Positions 27,898 through 38,278 of a stretch of 63,168 bases of DNA are shown here, piece after piece (position 1 is the stretch's first letter; each line of letters begins with the position of its first letter). The DNA comes from a virus (taxonomy: Duplodnaviria; Caudoviricetes), in IMG/VR virus record IMGVR_UViG_3300034093_001431, positions 1 to 63,168 of that record; one strand, given 5' to 3'. The notes beneath the pieces were generated by a model that had not been told where the DNA came from, ran no database searches, and was given only the letters and a program-made list of their open reading frames with translations. The position numbers and the translations under genes are program-made.

Positions 27898-30246
27898 ATG
27901 CCACTAACACCTAATGTGTATCTAGAGTTCGATATTGAAAATAAGCGAGCTAGAGTAATCGACAACACTAACTACGCTGACAATGATATAGTCTTGGCTA
28001 GCCAGAACGCTAAAGGACTTGGTGTTGTGACCGGCCCTACTGGTGTCGCTATCATAAGCGCTAATACTGTTGGGAATCCGCTAGTTAACCTAGCCGTGTC
28101 TACCAATGGACAGTATTTCAACCTTCCGCTAGACGCTAACGGGGAAGTTCTTAACGGAACATACGCGTTCACGTATGCTGTACGCTATGCAGGCACCGGT
28201 TCTATTGATACGATCACTGCCCCTAGCACAGCCCAGTTAGAGTTTGCTAACGCAGGAGCTGTCTTGCAAGACGGTGACCCGATAGTATTCACTGGTAATG
28301 CAAACGTCAACAACAACGGGACGTTCACTATTGCCACTGCAACATACAACCTCGGTCTTGACACGACGACCATTACGGTTGATCAGACCACTCTCGTGAA
28401 CGCAAGCCCTGCAACAGGTAGTTTTTCGTATGACGTGACCAGATCAGGTTTCGCTACCGGGACGTACACATGGAACGGATGTATTAAAGTCACGCCTGCC
28501 GTGACTGTTACTTATAACTGCGAGAGCACACAGTTCGGGCAGATCATATTCAGTGACTCGTCGTCCTTGAACGGTCAGGAACTTGTTAGTAGATCGCTTA
28601 CAGGTTTCTATCCTAACGCCCTGAACCCAGCTCCACCTACAGAGAGTGTTACCACATCAACAACTAGCCTTACATTCAACGAGCTTGCTGTTGGTACGTG
28701 GTCTCACAACCTTACGTTGGTGATGACATACACGCAACCTGATGGTCTTGTGGTTAACTACACAGTAGTGGACACAGGAGAGACTAAGGTTACGTGCGTC
28801 GGTACGTTGTGCGGATTAACCCCGTGTATCGAGAGTATCAAGGATAAGTATGCTGTAGCTTTCAACACAGGCAAGGCTAGCGGCTTAGAACCTATCATCT
28901 TAATGATTCTCCAGCTGTACGCCTTGGCTAAGGAGTACAGAACCTGTGGAGAGTATGATAAGTACGCGTCGACTGTTGCACAGCTTGAGCAGGTACTTGA
29001 TAAGTCAGGTCACTGCGAGTGTGGATGTTGCGACGAAAGCAAGGATGTTCCTTACTGGGTTGATAATTCAAACCTAGACACACCTAGTGCATTCGAACAG
29101 CTTCAAGAACAAGTAGACGAGTTAGAGTTAGCATTAGCCTCGTTGGAAGAGCAGGTAGATAACGCGGATCAGTTTTTGCAAGAACAGATTGATGTCATCA
29201 ACGTGCAGGTTGGCGGCCTTGAGAGTGTTGTGCAAGGCAACGCGTCAGCGCTCCTAGCCTATAACGCTATATCTTCTGACATCATCGCTTTTATTGCTAA
29301 CGTCCTAGCGCTATCAAACTCTCTGAATACTGTTCAGTCGCAAATACTTGCGCTGAATCCTAACTCGGAAAGTTTTGCTGACGACGTTGATGAAATCGAA
29401 GCGCTATTGATTTTGTTTGAATCATCAGTATCTGACTTGGATGATGAGCTGCAGGATATTATAGACAGCATCATTCAGTTTAATTCCGATTACCCAGAGT
29501 ACAGCGCGTACACGGTAAACTTAGCTATTCAGTATAGCGCTGCGGCAAACGCTTTATCGGGGTTGCCAACAGATATAGATGCCTTGCAAGTTCTTCTTGC
29601 CTCATTGACGCCTACAACATACGACGATGATATAGAGGATATCTATAACACGTTAGATCTTTTGATTTCAGCGATTACCAATTTGAGTAATGCTTCTACT
29701 TTGATGCAGTATTCTATTGAGCAGTTGTGGAATACAATAGTCAACATCAACACGTCTATTGCTAATTTACAAGAGCAGATCAACGCGTTGCCACAGAACA
29801 TCGTTAGCTCAAAGATACAACCATTGTATGCCGGCGTGAATGTGTCATCTACGGTATTTACAGTATTAGCGGAGTACCTAACGAAGGGTGGTTATGTTAA
29901 GTTTATCATCAAGGGTCAGGACCCTACCCCTGCTGGTACCGAAGTAACAATAAAAAGAGTCGGGCTTCCTTCTCCTGATTTTACACTGTACAATGTAGCT
30001 GTAGCAGGCAACACATATGAGATTGAAATCATACTCATGCCTGACTTGTCTTCACTTCCTATCACGTTTCATGCAGGCGGTATGATAGACTTGAATGATA
30101 ATCAAACGCCGATATCAATAACAGGCGTAAACTCTACTACTGAAATTGTTTATGGTGAATGGAATGGGTTCTCTATTGAGTCCAACAGCATCAGCAATGT
30201 ATTCAACAGCATTGAAGTTTATGGCCTTAACTTAACTTATGGATAA
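27898..30246 (+). CDS. Virion protein: beta-rich N-terminus, Cys cluster, long coiled coil
   Basis: CECGCC cluster then heptad repeats. Confidence 0.6.
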   Translation: MPLTPNVYLEFDIENKRARVIDNTNYADNDIVLASQNAKGLGVVTGPTGVAIISANTVGNPLVNLAVSTNGQYFNLPLDANGEVLNGTYAFTYAVRYAGTGSIDTITAPSTAQLEFANAGAVLQDGDPIVFTGNANVNNNGTFTIATATYNLGLDTTTITVDQTTLVNASPATGSFSYDVTRSGFATGTYTWNGCIKVTPAVTVTYNCESTQFGQIIFSDSSSLNGQELVSRSLTGFYPNALNPAPPTESVTTSTTSLTFNELAVGTWSHNLTLVMTYTQPDGLVVNYTVVDTGETKVTCVGTLCGLTPCIESIKDKYAVAFNTGKASGLEPIILMILQLYALAKEYRTCGEYDKYASTVAQLEQVLDKSGHCECGCCDESKDVPYWVDNSNLDTPSAFEQLQEQVDELELALASLEEQVDNADQFLQEQIDVINVQVGGLESVVQGNASALLAYNAISSDIIAFIANVLALSNSLNTVQSQILALNPNSESFADDVDEIEALLILFESSVSDLDDELQDIIDSIIQFNSDYPEYSAYTVNLAIQYSAAANALSGLPTDIDALQVLLASLTPTTYDDDIEDIYNTLDLLISAITNLSNASTLMQYSIEQLWNTIVNINTSIANLQEQINALPQNIVSSKIQPLYAGVNVSSTVFTVLAEYLTKGGYVKFIIKGQDPTPAGTEVTIKRVGLPSPDFTLYNVAVAGNTYEIEIILMPDLSSLPITFHAGGMIDLNDNQTPISITGVNSTTEIVYGEWNGFSIESNSISNVFNSIEVYGLNLTYG

Positions 30247-30967
30247 TATGAATTTAGGGGATATATACATACGTGTAAGGGAAAGGCTTGGCAAGGACCA
30301 GTTCGGGGGTTATGTGACACCCCTGAACTTCAACCAACTCCTGCCGTGGGTAAACATATTTAAGCTCAACGACCTGATCAAAGTGTTCGAGGAGAAGTCT
30401 GAGATATCAAGGGACCTGTTCCCGTTTATCAAGACAGTAGGTAGTCCAGATTACCCGCCCATAACACTTGACAGTTACGGATATGGCGAGTACCCTGAAG
30501 ATTATTACTACACCGCACGTTCTTCGTATAGTCAACTTCTCAATAATTGTGGAGGGTATGCGGAGAATGTTAGGATGGTGGAATTCCTTAATCAGCAAGA
30601 CTTCGGATACAGGGTGTCCACTGAATTGATGAAGCCAACCCTCGATCAGCCTATAGCTGTTGATGAGAATGATCGCTTCTTGGTTAGACCTCAGGGTATC
30701 CCTGCCGTTGGTTTTACTTACATTAGAAAGCCAGACACGCCAGTGTTTGATTACGATATCGTAAACGGAAAGGCGGTCTACTTACCACCGGGGACCTTTC
30801 ACACTAACTCTTCTGTTTTACCTGCGGGTACACCGAGCCAGAGCGTGGAGTTCGAGTTTCTAGAAGCAGTGTACGAGGACCTTATGAATATAATAGTCAA
30901 GGAGTACGCGATTAAGATACGCTCCGAGTTTAACTATCAAACAAGCAACACCGACCAAGGCGCATGA
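30239..30967 (+). CDS. Tail ring/tubular protein
   Basis: First of three ~200-250 aa genes before muzzle; YIRKP motif. Confidence 0.6.
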   Translation: MDNMNLGDIYIRVRERLGKDQFGGYVTPLNFNQLLPWVNIFKLNDLIKVFEEKSEISRDLFPFIKTVGSPDYPPITLDSYGYGEYPEDYYYTARSSYSQLLNNCGGYAENVRMVEFLNQQDFGYRVSTELMKPTLDQPIAVDENDRFLVRPQGIPAVGFTYIRKPDTPVFDYDIVNGKAVYLPPGTFHTNSSVLPAGTPSQSVEFEFLEAVYEDLMNIIVKEYAIKIRSEFNYQTSNTDQGA

Positions 30968-31557
30968 TATCGAAGAGAGTACTAACAGAACTTATACAGA
31001 ACAGGCTAGCGGGCGGTGACGCCCCTGCCGATGTTCAGGGCAAGTACCCTAAGCAGGTGATCGGAAGATTACTTGGTTTGGTGTATTCAGACCTAGCGTC
31101 ACAGAATAAAAAAACTGTACGCAACATGGCGCTCCCGTATGAGCTTGCGGTGACGTCATCGTCTGGTCAGTACTTCTGCACCTTGCCTGTCAGTCCAATC
31201 AACGGTCTGGCTGGTATCGTCTGGGTGAGTGGGTCTGGTGTGCACATCCCTATATCTCAAGGTGTAGAGGAGAACAACATTATGTCTTCGCTTCTTCCTA
31301 TGGTAAACAAGAGAGTCTCTAGGATTGTAGGTAGCAAGATGTATTTTAACTCAAACCCTAACCAAGAATTTGTAGACGTGGAGATTCTCCCAGACTACAA
31401 CTCGCTGTCGGATGACGACAACGTGTGTGTAGAGGGCGTGCAGTCTCAGCTGTTCAACATGGTCATTGCTATGATGAGACAGGGCGCATCACCTTTAGAA
31501 GAGGTTTATAACAACAGAGTGCCTGACACAGACAAACCAACACAGCCCGCTAGATAA
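30964..31557 (+). CDS. Tail ring protein
   Basis: Synteny. Confidence 0.5.
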   Translation: MISKRVLTELIQNRLAGGDAPADVQGKYPKQVIGRLLGLVYSDLASQNKKTVRNMALPYELAVTSSSGQYFCTLPVSPINGLAGIVWVSGSGVHIPISQGVEENNIMSSLLPMVNKRVSRIVGSKMYFNSNPNQEFVDVEILPDYNSLSDDDNVCVEGVQSQLFNMVIAMMRQGASPLEEVYNNRVPDTDKPTQPAR

Positions 31558-32297
31558 TGGAACAACCAGTAAAGACAATACACAACTTAGTTCTCAGTAC
31601 CATATCGAGAACAAAGAACATGGGCATCACCAACTCGGACTACATGTGGCTCCTTGAGATCGCTATATCCTTCTACCAAGAAAGGCTGAGAGGTTTTGAG
31701 ATGCCGTCTGTTGTGAGCGAGAATATAGAAATTAATCTAGCGAACAGGGTGTGGGCTATACCGGCTGACTTTATAGCGATCAGCCGCGTTGCTTACAGTG
31801 AGAGAGGGAGGTTGTGGGACCTAACAGTGGACAACACCATCAACCTTCTGGATTCTCCCGGCCCATGTGAAAGCCCTGTGTACGCACAGGATGACGCGGG
31901 CGGGTACTTCCTCCCCGGGTACTGGTATGCTTCGTACACAAGATACGGAGAGGGTGGCGGAAAGAACGTAAATTATTACAGGATTGATCACGAGAATCGT
32001 CGCATCGTATTTTCTGAAAGCATCCCTCCGGGGCGTGGCGTTGTAGAGTATCTGAGTTCGGGAAAGAATGTGAACGAACACACCTACATACCTCTCCCGT
32101 ATGTTGATGCTTTCAGAAATTATCTGGTGTGGCAGGCTCATGAATACAGCGACAACCCTATGCTTTATCAAAGAGCCAAGGACAGAGAGCGTCAGTTCAG
32201 AGAATCTATGTGGGACAGCAACATCCTTGCTAAGGCACCTACGCTTAGAGAGTTGTTGGATGAGCTTTACAAAGGAAGCGGCTTAAATCTAAGGTAA
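31557..32297 (+). CDS. Tail ring/tubular protein
   Basis: Synteny; IPADF, VEYLS motifs. Confidence 0.55.
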   Translation: MEQPVKTIHNLVLSTISRTKNMGITNSDYMWLLEIAISFYQERLRGFEMPSVVSENIEINLANRVWAIPADFIAISRVAYSERGRLWDLTVDNTINLLDSPGPCESPVYAQDDAGGYFLPGYWYASYTRYGEGGGKNVNYYRIDHENRRIVFSESIPPGRGVVEYLSSGKNVNEHTYIPLPYVDAFRNYLVWQAHEYSDNPMLYQRAKDRERQFRESMWDSNILAKAPTLRELLDELYKGSGLNLR

Positions 32298-32345
32298 TAA
32301 AGCCACAAAGGGCGTGTTTTTTTTACCTTTGTAAAAAATTGCACG

Positions 32346-35300
32346 ATGCCCATTTTATCAAAGGATATATTCTTCTATGGCGGTATAGACACCGACAGTG
32401 ACGACCGTCTAATTAAAGACGGCGACTACCGCACGGCGGTCAATGCCCGTGGACCAGAGGCAACCTCTTCCTCGGGTGGCGCTATTGAGAACATGACAGG
32501 ACACCTGTATGTTGAGAACAACGCCTTAGGTGATGACGACTACGTTATGGGTGGCTGCGCTTACACTGAGAGGAAATCGATAGTGTACTTTGTATTCAAC
32601 GCGGCGGGCGATCATTCTATATGGTACTACAACACACAGGATCAGACTCACACGTTAATCATACAGGACCCTATCCTAAACTTTCAGATAGACAGAAAGA
32701 TTAATAACGCCGCTGTCATCAACAACATACTGTACTGGACGGACGGGTACTTTGAGTCTTACGAGGTAGGGGTTGATGGGTACTGGGAGTTTAACCCTCC
32801 AAGGATGATCAACATAGACAAGGCGATCGCTGGCTACGCGGTCGTTGACGAGGCCCTTCTTGATATCATAAAGGCGCCAGCGCCATACGCGCTCAATCCT
32901 CAGTACATAACTAACGGCACTCAGGCAAACAACCTGTACGGTCAAGCCTATCAGTTCGCTATTCAGTGGGGGTACGAGAACGGGGAGAGGAGCGTGTGGA
33001 GTGTAACGAGCCCGGTACCTGTACCTACAAAGCAAGAGTATATACAAGGCAGGAACTATAACCAACCGTTTGAGGATAACGCTATTCAGGTAGATATACC
33101 AACAGGGAGTGAGCAGGTGAGGTACCTAAGGGTAGCTGTAAGGCCGGGTAACGACGCCCCGTTCCAAGTGTTCTACGAGTCGGACAAGCTGATTGATGTG
33201 ATAGCGGATAACGTGACTATACCGGTCACTTATGACGGAACGGTTGCAGGGTCTACTGTCCCGCTAGTGGAAGGTATCAGGAACTATGACCGCGTCCCGC
33301 AGGTAGCGGACACGCTGGAGGTGTTGAGTTCCGTGAACCAGCTGGCGTTCGGTAAATTTGTTGAAGGGTACGCAGGGGTTGACTTGGAAGATAGCGGGGT
33401 GTCCTACTACACCACGGAGATACCCAATCAGGTGTACGGCACAGACGCAAAAGTTTCTTATACGATATCCTCGTTTGTTGGATGGACTTTATCTATATAT
33501 ACATCAAGTGCTACTCAATTTAATTTTTGCGCTGGAGATGTTTTGATTTTTCAATTTTCAGATTTTAATGTATCTACTGGATCTCTAGGGTCGCCATATT
33601 TTGTAAGTTATACTATTAGTTCTAGCGATATTAATGATACTACAGGTCTTACTTTATTACAAAAAAGACAAGTGCTTATAAATAAAGTGGGATTATATTT
33701 ATTTGATTTTTTTAATGATCGTTATGGATTAGGTAACCAAACTTTTATTTCAGCTACAGGTTTTTCTGTTTCTTTTTTCATAGAATTTCTTGGAGATGAT
33801 AGAGCTGCTCTTTTTTCTATTAAAGAAACAAAATTCTATTCGCTTTTATCTCCTATAAAAACATTAAAGACCGGGGTTCTCCACGAGTTTGGCATACAGT
33901 ACTACGACAGGGCGATGAGGAACGGTGATGTGTTGACAAACCCTAACTACCAAGTGTATGTGGACTTCCCTTCTCAGGAAGACACCTCTGGTTTTGTTGA
34001 CCCTAGAAGCCCTTACTTTGCAAGGCCGTTACTCACCGGTAGGAACACGCCACCTATCTGGGCTAAGTACTATCAGCTTGTATGGAGACGCACGAAGATT
34101 CAAAACTTTCAGCAAAGAACAGCTGTGAGTATGTATCAGGATGGGTCCTTGTACAAGGTGAACTTGGATACTTATTACGAGCAGGTATGGGGTGCTAAGA
34201 TAAACCACCAGATATCGGTAGGTGACGTGTTCAGAATTAAGAACGCACAGGGAGAAGATGTTCACGACAACGTGACAGGTCTGCCTGATTACGCATACGA
34301 GTACATAGAAGGTCGCGTTGAAAGGTACGACCCTGTCGGTGGAGATAACAACGGGGAGGCTATATGGGTAACCCTGTTTGACTACAACGCTGTGATCAAG
34401 TACTCTGAGAGTTTTGTGGTAGAGGTTTACACCGCTAGAAAAGATTATATTGACGAGCCCTTCTATGAAATCGGTGAGGTGTTTGATGTCGTTGATCCTT
34501 ACACAGAGGATAGAAGACATGGAGGCAAGACCTACACAGGCAACGTAGTCACCGCGCCTGCACTTGGAGGCAACACGTTTGTTGTGGATGGTGATGTTAG
34601 ACCTATACTATTAGGGAACCCTAACGTACCTTACGAGATAGCATTCTTCTACACCGTGGGTAGTGACTTTGTAACCACCGTGACTAATGTGGTTTACGAT
34701 TACGGTACCAACACATCTACAGTAACGACTTCCGATAATAGCAACGGGGATCCTTACGCGAGTTATTTGTTTAGCACAGGATCTGCACAGCCCGGGGAGA
34801 CGTTTACCATAGCTCATGGGTACGGGGATGTTTACTTAAGACCTCGTGCAACTAACAGGCAGAACACTATAACCGGTGGAAACTGGAGGTACTGGGTAGA
34901 GGACCCACACATCTCGGACTACTACATCTCTAACGCTATTGACATCGGGAAGCTAGCCTTGGTGAACAAGTACGGCGGTAGAAAAAATCAGAAAGCTAGC
35001 CTTATACACGGCGGGTCCTACATAGACAATACCAACGTCAACAATATTTGTAGCTTTGACTTCAATATCAACAACAAGATAGACCTTGACGAACAGTTCG
35101 GGGATATCAGGTGGATTGGTATGAGCGGGTACACCCTAAAGGTTCTGCAGGACAGGAAGGAGACCTCGGTCTATATTCAGCGTGCGACTCAGGTTAACGG
35201 TGACGGCAGCGTGTCTGTGTCTAACCTTAACGACAGGACTTGGGGAGGTATCAACCCCTATGAATCATTGTACGGAACCATACACCCGCTATCTGTAAAA

Positions 35301-36068
35301 GTTGTCGCTGGTCAAATGTTCTACTACGACTACCACTCTTCAAGGTTTATACGATCCTTAACCAACGGCCAGCAGGATATATGCGACGGGGATTTTAAAT
35401 TCGTGAAGGGCGCGTCAGACATAACCAACGCTATTAGCCTGTATGGGCTAGATGATATGTTTGTCATAGCGTCCATCGATGAGCAGAACAAAGAGTACCA
35501 GTGCTTCTTCGCCTCTACCGGCGAGGATGTTGGGTCTTATTTGCTAGGCGTGGTGTTCAGCTACTCCCAGAGCAGGTGGAAGACAACCCTGAACTGGACT
35601 CCTACGTGGGCTACTAACTTCGGGGAGAGCTTGCTGTACTGGAACGTGAAGGATCCTTACGTTGCAAACGAGGGGACACCGTTAGAGTTTCTAGGTTCCG
35701 CCTCTGAGTTTAAGGTGACGCCTGTATTCAACGACAACGCCGTGCTGGTCAAGAGACCTTTAGCCCTGAACCTTACGTGCTACCCTCTAGCGTCATATGT
35801 GGTGGCAAGCATACCACAGACAAACAGCTATAACTCTCAGACTACACAGATGAACGAGAACATCTTCTCCGTGTACGAAAACGGAATGTGGACAGAGTAC
35901 ACCATGAACGAGAATGATCCGTCATTCGCTAGCGCATCCCTAGCAAACCTTAACGGTGATGAGCTGCGTGGTTACATCATATACCACGACGTTTATTATT
36001 TAGGGCAGGAGAAGTTCAGCCTGCTTAGAATGAGAGTCAACTATATACCTAGCGAAACAGCGCAGTAA
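32346..36068 (+). CDS. Tail stabilization/muzzle protein
   Basis: N-terminal GG...DSDDRLI..GDYR.A.N, LYWTDG..PPR.INI, FGIQYYD motifs of crAss-like muzzle proteins. Confidence 0.8.
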   Translation: MPILSKDIFFYGGIDTDSDDRLIKDGDYRTAVNARGPEATSSSGGAIENMTGHLYVENNALGDDDYVMGGCAYTERKSIVYFVFNAAGDHSIWYYNTQDQTHTLIIQDPILNFQIDRKINNAAVINNILYWTDGYFESYEVGVDGYWEFNPPRMINIDKAIAGYAVVDEALLDIIKAPAPYALNPQYITNGTQANNLYGQAYQFAIQWGYENGERSVWSVTSPVPVPTKQEYIQGRNYNQPFEDNAIQVDIPTGSEQVRYLRVAVRPGNDAPFQVFYESDKLIDVIADNVTIPVTYDGTVAGSTVPLVEGIRNYDRVPQVADTLEVLSSVNQLAFGKFVEGYAGVDLEDSGVSYYTTEIPNQVYGTDAKVSYTISSFVGWTLSIYTSSATQFNFCAGDVLIFQFSDFNVSTGSLGSPYFVSYTISSSDINDTTGLTLLQKRQVLINKVGLYLFDFFNDRYGLGNQTFISATGFSVSFFIEFLGDDRAALFSIKETKFYSLLSPIKTLKTGVLHEFGIQYYDRAMRNGDVLTNPNYQVYVDFPSQEDTSGFVDPRSPYFARPLLTGRNTPPIWAKYYQLVWRRTKIQNFQQRTAVSMYQDGSLYKVNLDTYYEQVWGAKINHQISVGDVFRIKNAQGEDVHDNVTGLPDYAYEYIEGRVERYDPVGGDNNGEAIWVTLFDYNAVIKYSESFVVEVYTARKDYIDEPFYEIGEVFDVVDPYTEDRRHGGKTYTGNVVTAPALGGNTFVVDGDVRPILLGNPNVPYEIAFFYTVGSDFVTTVTNVVYDYGTNTSTVTTSDNSNGDPYASYLFSTGSAQPGETFTIAHGYGDVYLRPRATNRQNTITGGNWRYWVEDPHISDYYISNAIDIGKLALVNKYGGRKNQKASLIHGGSYIDNTNVNNICSFDFNINNKIDLDEQFGDIRWIGMSGYTLKVLQDRKETSVYIQRATQVNGDGSVSVSNLNDRTWGGINPYESLYGTIHPLSVKVVAGQMFYYDYHSSRFIRSLTNGQQDICDGDFKFVKGASDITNAISLYGLDDMFVIASIDEQNKEYQCFFASTGEDVGSYLLGVVFSYSQSRWKTTLNWTPTWATNFGESLLYWNVKDPYVANEGTPLEFLGSASEFKVTPVFNDNAVLVKRPLALNLTCYPLASYVVASIPQTNSYNSQTTQMNENIFSVYENGMWTEYTMNENDPSFASASLANLNGDELRGYIIYHDVYYLGQEKFSLLRMRVNYIPSETAQ

Positions 36069-36120
36069 GTTGTCACAACATAGAATGTTTTTGTTACTTT
36101 TGTAGTTAAAATTTTAGAAG

Positions 36121-36870
36121 ATGATAGGATTAGGAACGATGGCGGCAATGTCTTTAGTGCCTGCGGTTTTTCAAGGGGCGATGGGGGCGATACAGTCCCG
36201 TCGCGGAAGGAAGATGGCGGAAGGGATAACCGTCCCTGAGTACCAAATTTCCGAGACTGCTGGTCAGGCTCTTGGTCTGGCCCGTCAGGGTGTCGGCACC
36301 TTCGAGATGCCCGGTCAGGACCAGATGGTTCAGGGCTTAGAGGCTGGGGTTGCCGGGTCTTTGAATGCGGCTACTCAGGCTGCAACATCTTCATCAGACC
36401 TCCTGTCCACTATTGCAAACGTGACAGGGAACAAGATGGAGGGCATGCTTAACATAGGCGCAAACGCCGCTCAGCAGTATGAGCAGAGACGTAACGCTTA
36501 CCAGAACGCGCTCAATGTGTACGCCGGATATCAAGAGAAGCAGATGATGGACCGGATAGCTAGACAGCAGCAGGCGGCAGATGCCTCTGCAGGTTTAATG
36601 AACGTAGGAAGACAGAACATAGGAGAGGCTATCAAGACAGGCGCAGGTGTAGGCGCTAACTACCTAATGTTAAAAGCTATGGGTTACGGCGGGGCAAATA
36701 CAAACAGTTCGAATAACACAAAGACTACAACGGAAAACGCACCTATGATGTCGGATGTTAACGTAGCGAGTTCAGGGTACACAGCTAGCGGCGGATCAGG
36801 CATGGGCTCTAACATGAGACAACAGCTTTTATTAAAACAGTTACAGGACATGCTAGGATTAAAAAACTGA
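36121..36870 (+). CDS. Internal virion/ejection protein
   Basis: Gly/Ala/Gln-rich with N-terminal hydrophobic segment. Confidence 0.6.
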   Translation: MIGLGTMAAMSLVPAVFQGAMGAIQSRRGRKMAEGITVPEYQISETAGQALGLARQGVGTFEMPGQDQMVQGLEAGVAGSLNAATQAATSSSDLLSTIANVTGNKMEGMLNIGANAAQQYEQRRNAYQNALNVYAGYQEKQMMDRIARQQQAADASAGLMNVGRQNIGEAIKTGAGVGANYLMLKAMGYGGANTNSSNNTKTTTENAPMMSDVNVASSGYTASGGSGMGSNMRQQLLLKQLQDMLGLKN

Positions 36871-36881
36871 TAAACAAAGAT

Positions 36882-38270
36882 ATGGCAGACAATGTAAGCA
36901 AGATGATAGAAAAGCCTTGGCTCGCCCAAGGTAGAACTGTTTTTTACGGGCAGAGTTCTTTTGACCCTGTTCAGTTCATGCAGAACCTAGCGGCGATGAA
37001 GATGCAGCAGGACGAGGCGGATGCTAAGAAAGCTATTGCCCGTCAAGCAGAGTGGAAGGATTTTAAATGGGACCAGTACCAGCCCAAGGAGATATACCAG
37101 CAGAATCGCCAGCAGATTGAGGGCAAGGTTTCTGAGTTCGGTAACCTTATGACGGAGGCGTTCGCTGCTGGATTAAGTCCAAGCGATCCTCGTGTGAAGA
37201 AGGTGGCGGAGCAGTTGAGGATGGAGATGATAGAGTTGGAGAACGAGGGTAAGCTGTTTAATGACAGGTATAATTCTGTAATGACAGAGGTTCAGAAGGA
37301 CCCGACCAAGTACGACCCTGAAACTATTAAAGCATGGCAGGCAGAGATTGAAAAGCTACCCACCATTCAGGAGAAGAGAGCTTACGTGGACACGAATAAT
37401 CCACTAGAAGAAGTGTTTGATATAAAACAGGAACTCTTAAAAGTGGGAGATTTTCCTACAATACTAGAAACAGAAAGGCAGTCTAATCCAAACTTTTTTG
37501 TAACAGAGGAAGGGCTGGACGAGGCGAAGACTAGAGGCATGGTCAAGGAATTACTTCTTACCCCTAAATACACCAAGCAGTTAGCTCAGGAAGCTAAGGC
37601 TCTTGCTGAAAAAGAAAATATAAAAATAGAAGAAGCCACCGAAAGGGTGATCAAGGGTTACGAAGATTTTATTCTTTCAACAGGAAGCAGAAAGAGAATA
37701 GAAAGCGGAACCCCAAAACAAAGCAACGTGTTTAATTTTGGTGGGCAGGGAGATAAAACAGGAAATGTTGTAGCGAAACCATACGAGACACAGGAGGCTT
37801 CAGGACTAGGGGAAAACCAAACGCTAGCCTCAGGAGAGAATGCTATCAGAATATTGACAGCGAAAGGAGAGGAGACGGTTCAGCCTAAGATCTTTACCAA
37901 AAATGGAAAGAGAGAAGAGTATGTCCCAATAGACTTGATAGTTGTAGAGCAGGATGGTAAAAGATTCTTTAACATCAGGGCACAAAAAGCTACCAAGAAA
38001 ACTGGTATAAAAATAAAAGAGAATGAAACCGAACAAAGTTTCTTGTCTGATTTAAAAAAGGAATACGGGGCTGAAGCGAAAATAGAAAAAGACGATGACG
38101 ACACTTACACTGTCACGTACCTTGCTCCACAAACAGAATTGCTTGAATATAATCCGGAGAATAAAGCCTCGTTACCGGGAGCTTTTATTGACTACGCGGA
38201 CAAGTGGCTTGCGAATAAAACTGTTGACGCAACAGGAGAAGGAGATTCAATTTTTAAAAAAACAAAATAA
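36882..38270 (+). CDS. Internal virion/ejection protein
   Basis: Helical, in cargo cluster. Confidence 0.55.
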   Translation: MADNVSKMIEKPWLAQGRTVFYGQSSFDPVQFMQNLAAMKMQQDEADAKKAIARQAEWKDFKWDQYQPKEIYQQNRQQIEGKVSEFGNLMTEAFAAGLSPSDPRVKKVAEQLRMEMIELENEGKLFNDRYNSVMTEVQKDPTKYDPETIKAWQAEIEKLPTIQEKRAYVDTNNPLEEVFDIKQELLKVGDFPTILETERQSNPNFFVTEEGLDEAKTRGMVKELLLTPKYTKQLAQEAKALAEKENIKIEEATERVIKGYEDFILSTGSRKRIESGTPKQSNVFNFGGQGDKTGNVVAKPYETQEASGLGENQTLASGENAIRILTAKGEETVQPKIFTKNGKREEYVPIDLIVVEQDGKRFFNIRAQKATKKTGIKIKENETEQSFLSDLKKEYGAEAKIEKDDDDTYTVTYLAPQTELLEYNPENKASLPGAFIDYADKWLANKTVDATGEGDSIFKKTK

Positions 38271-38278
38271 TGTAGTCT

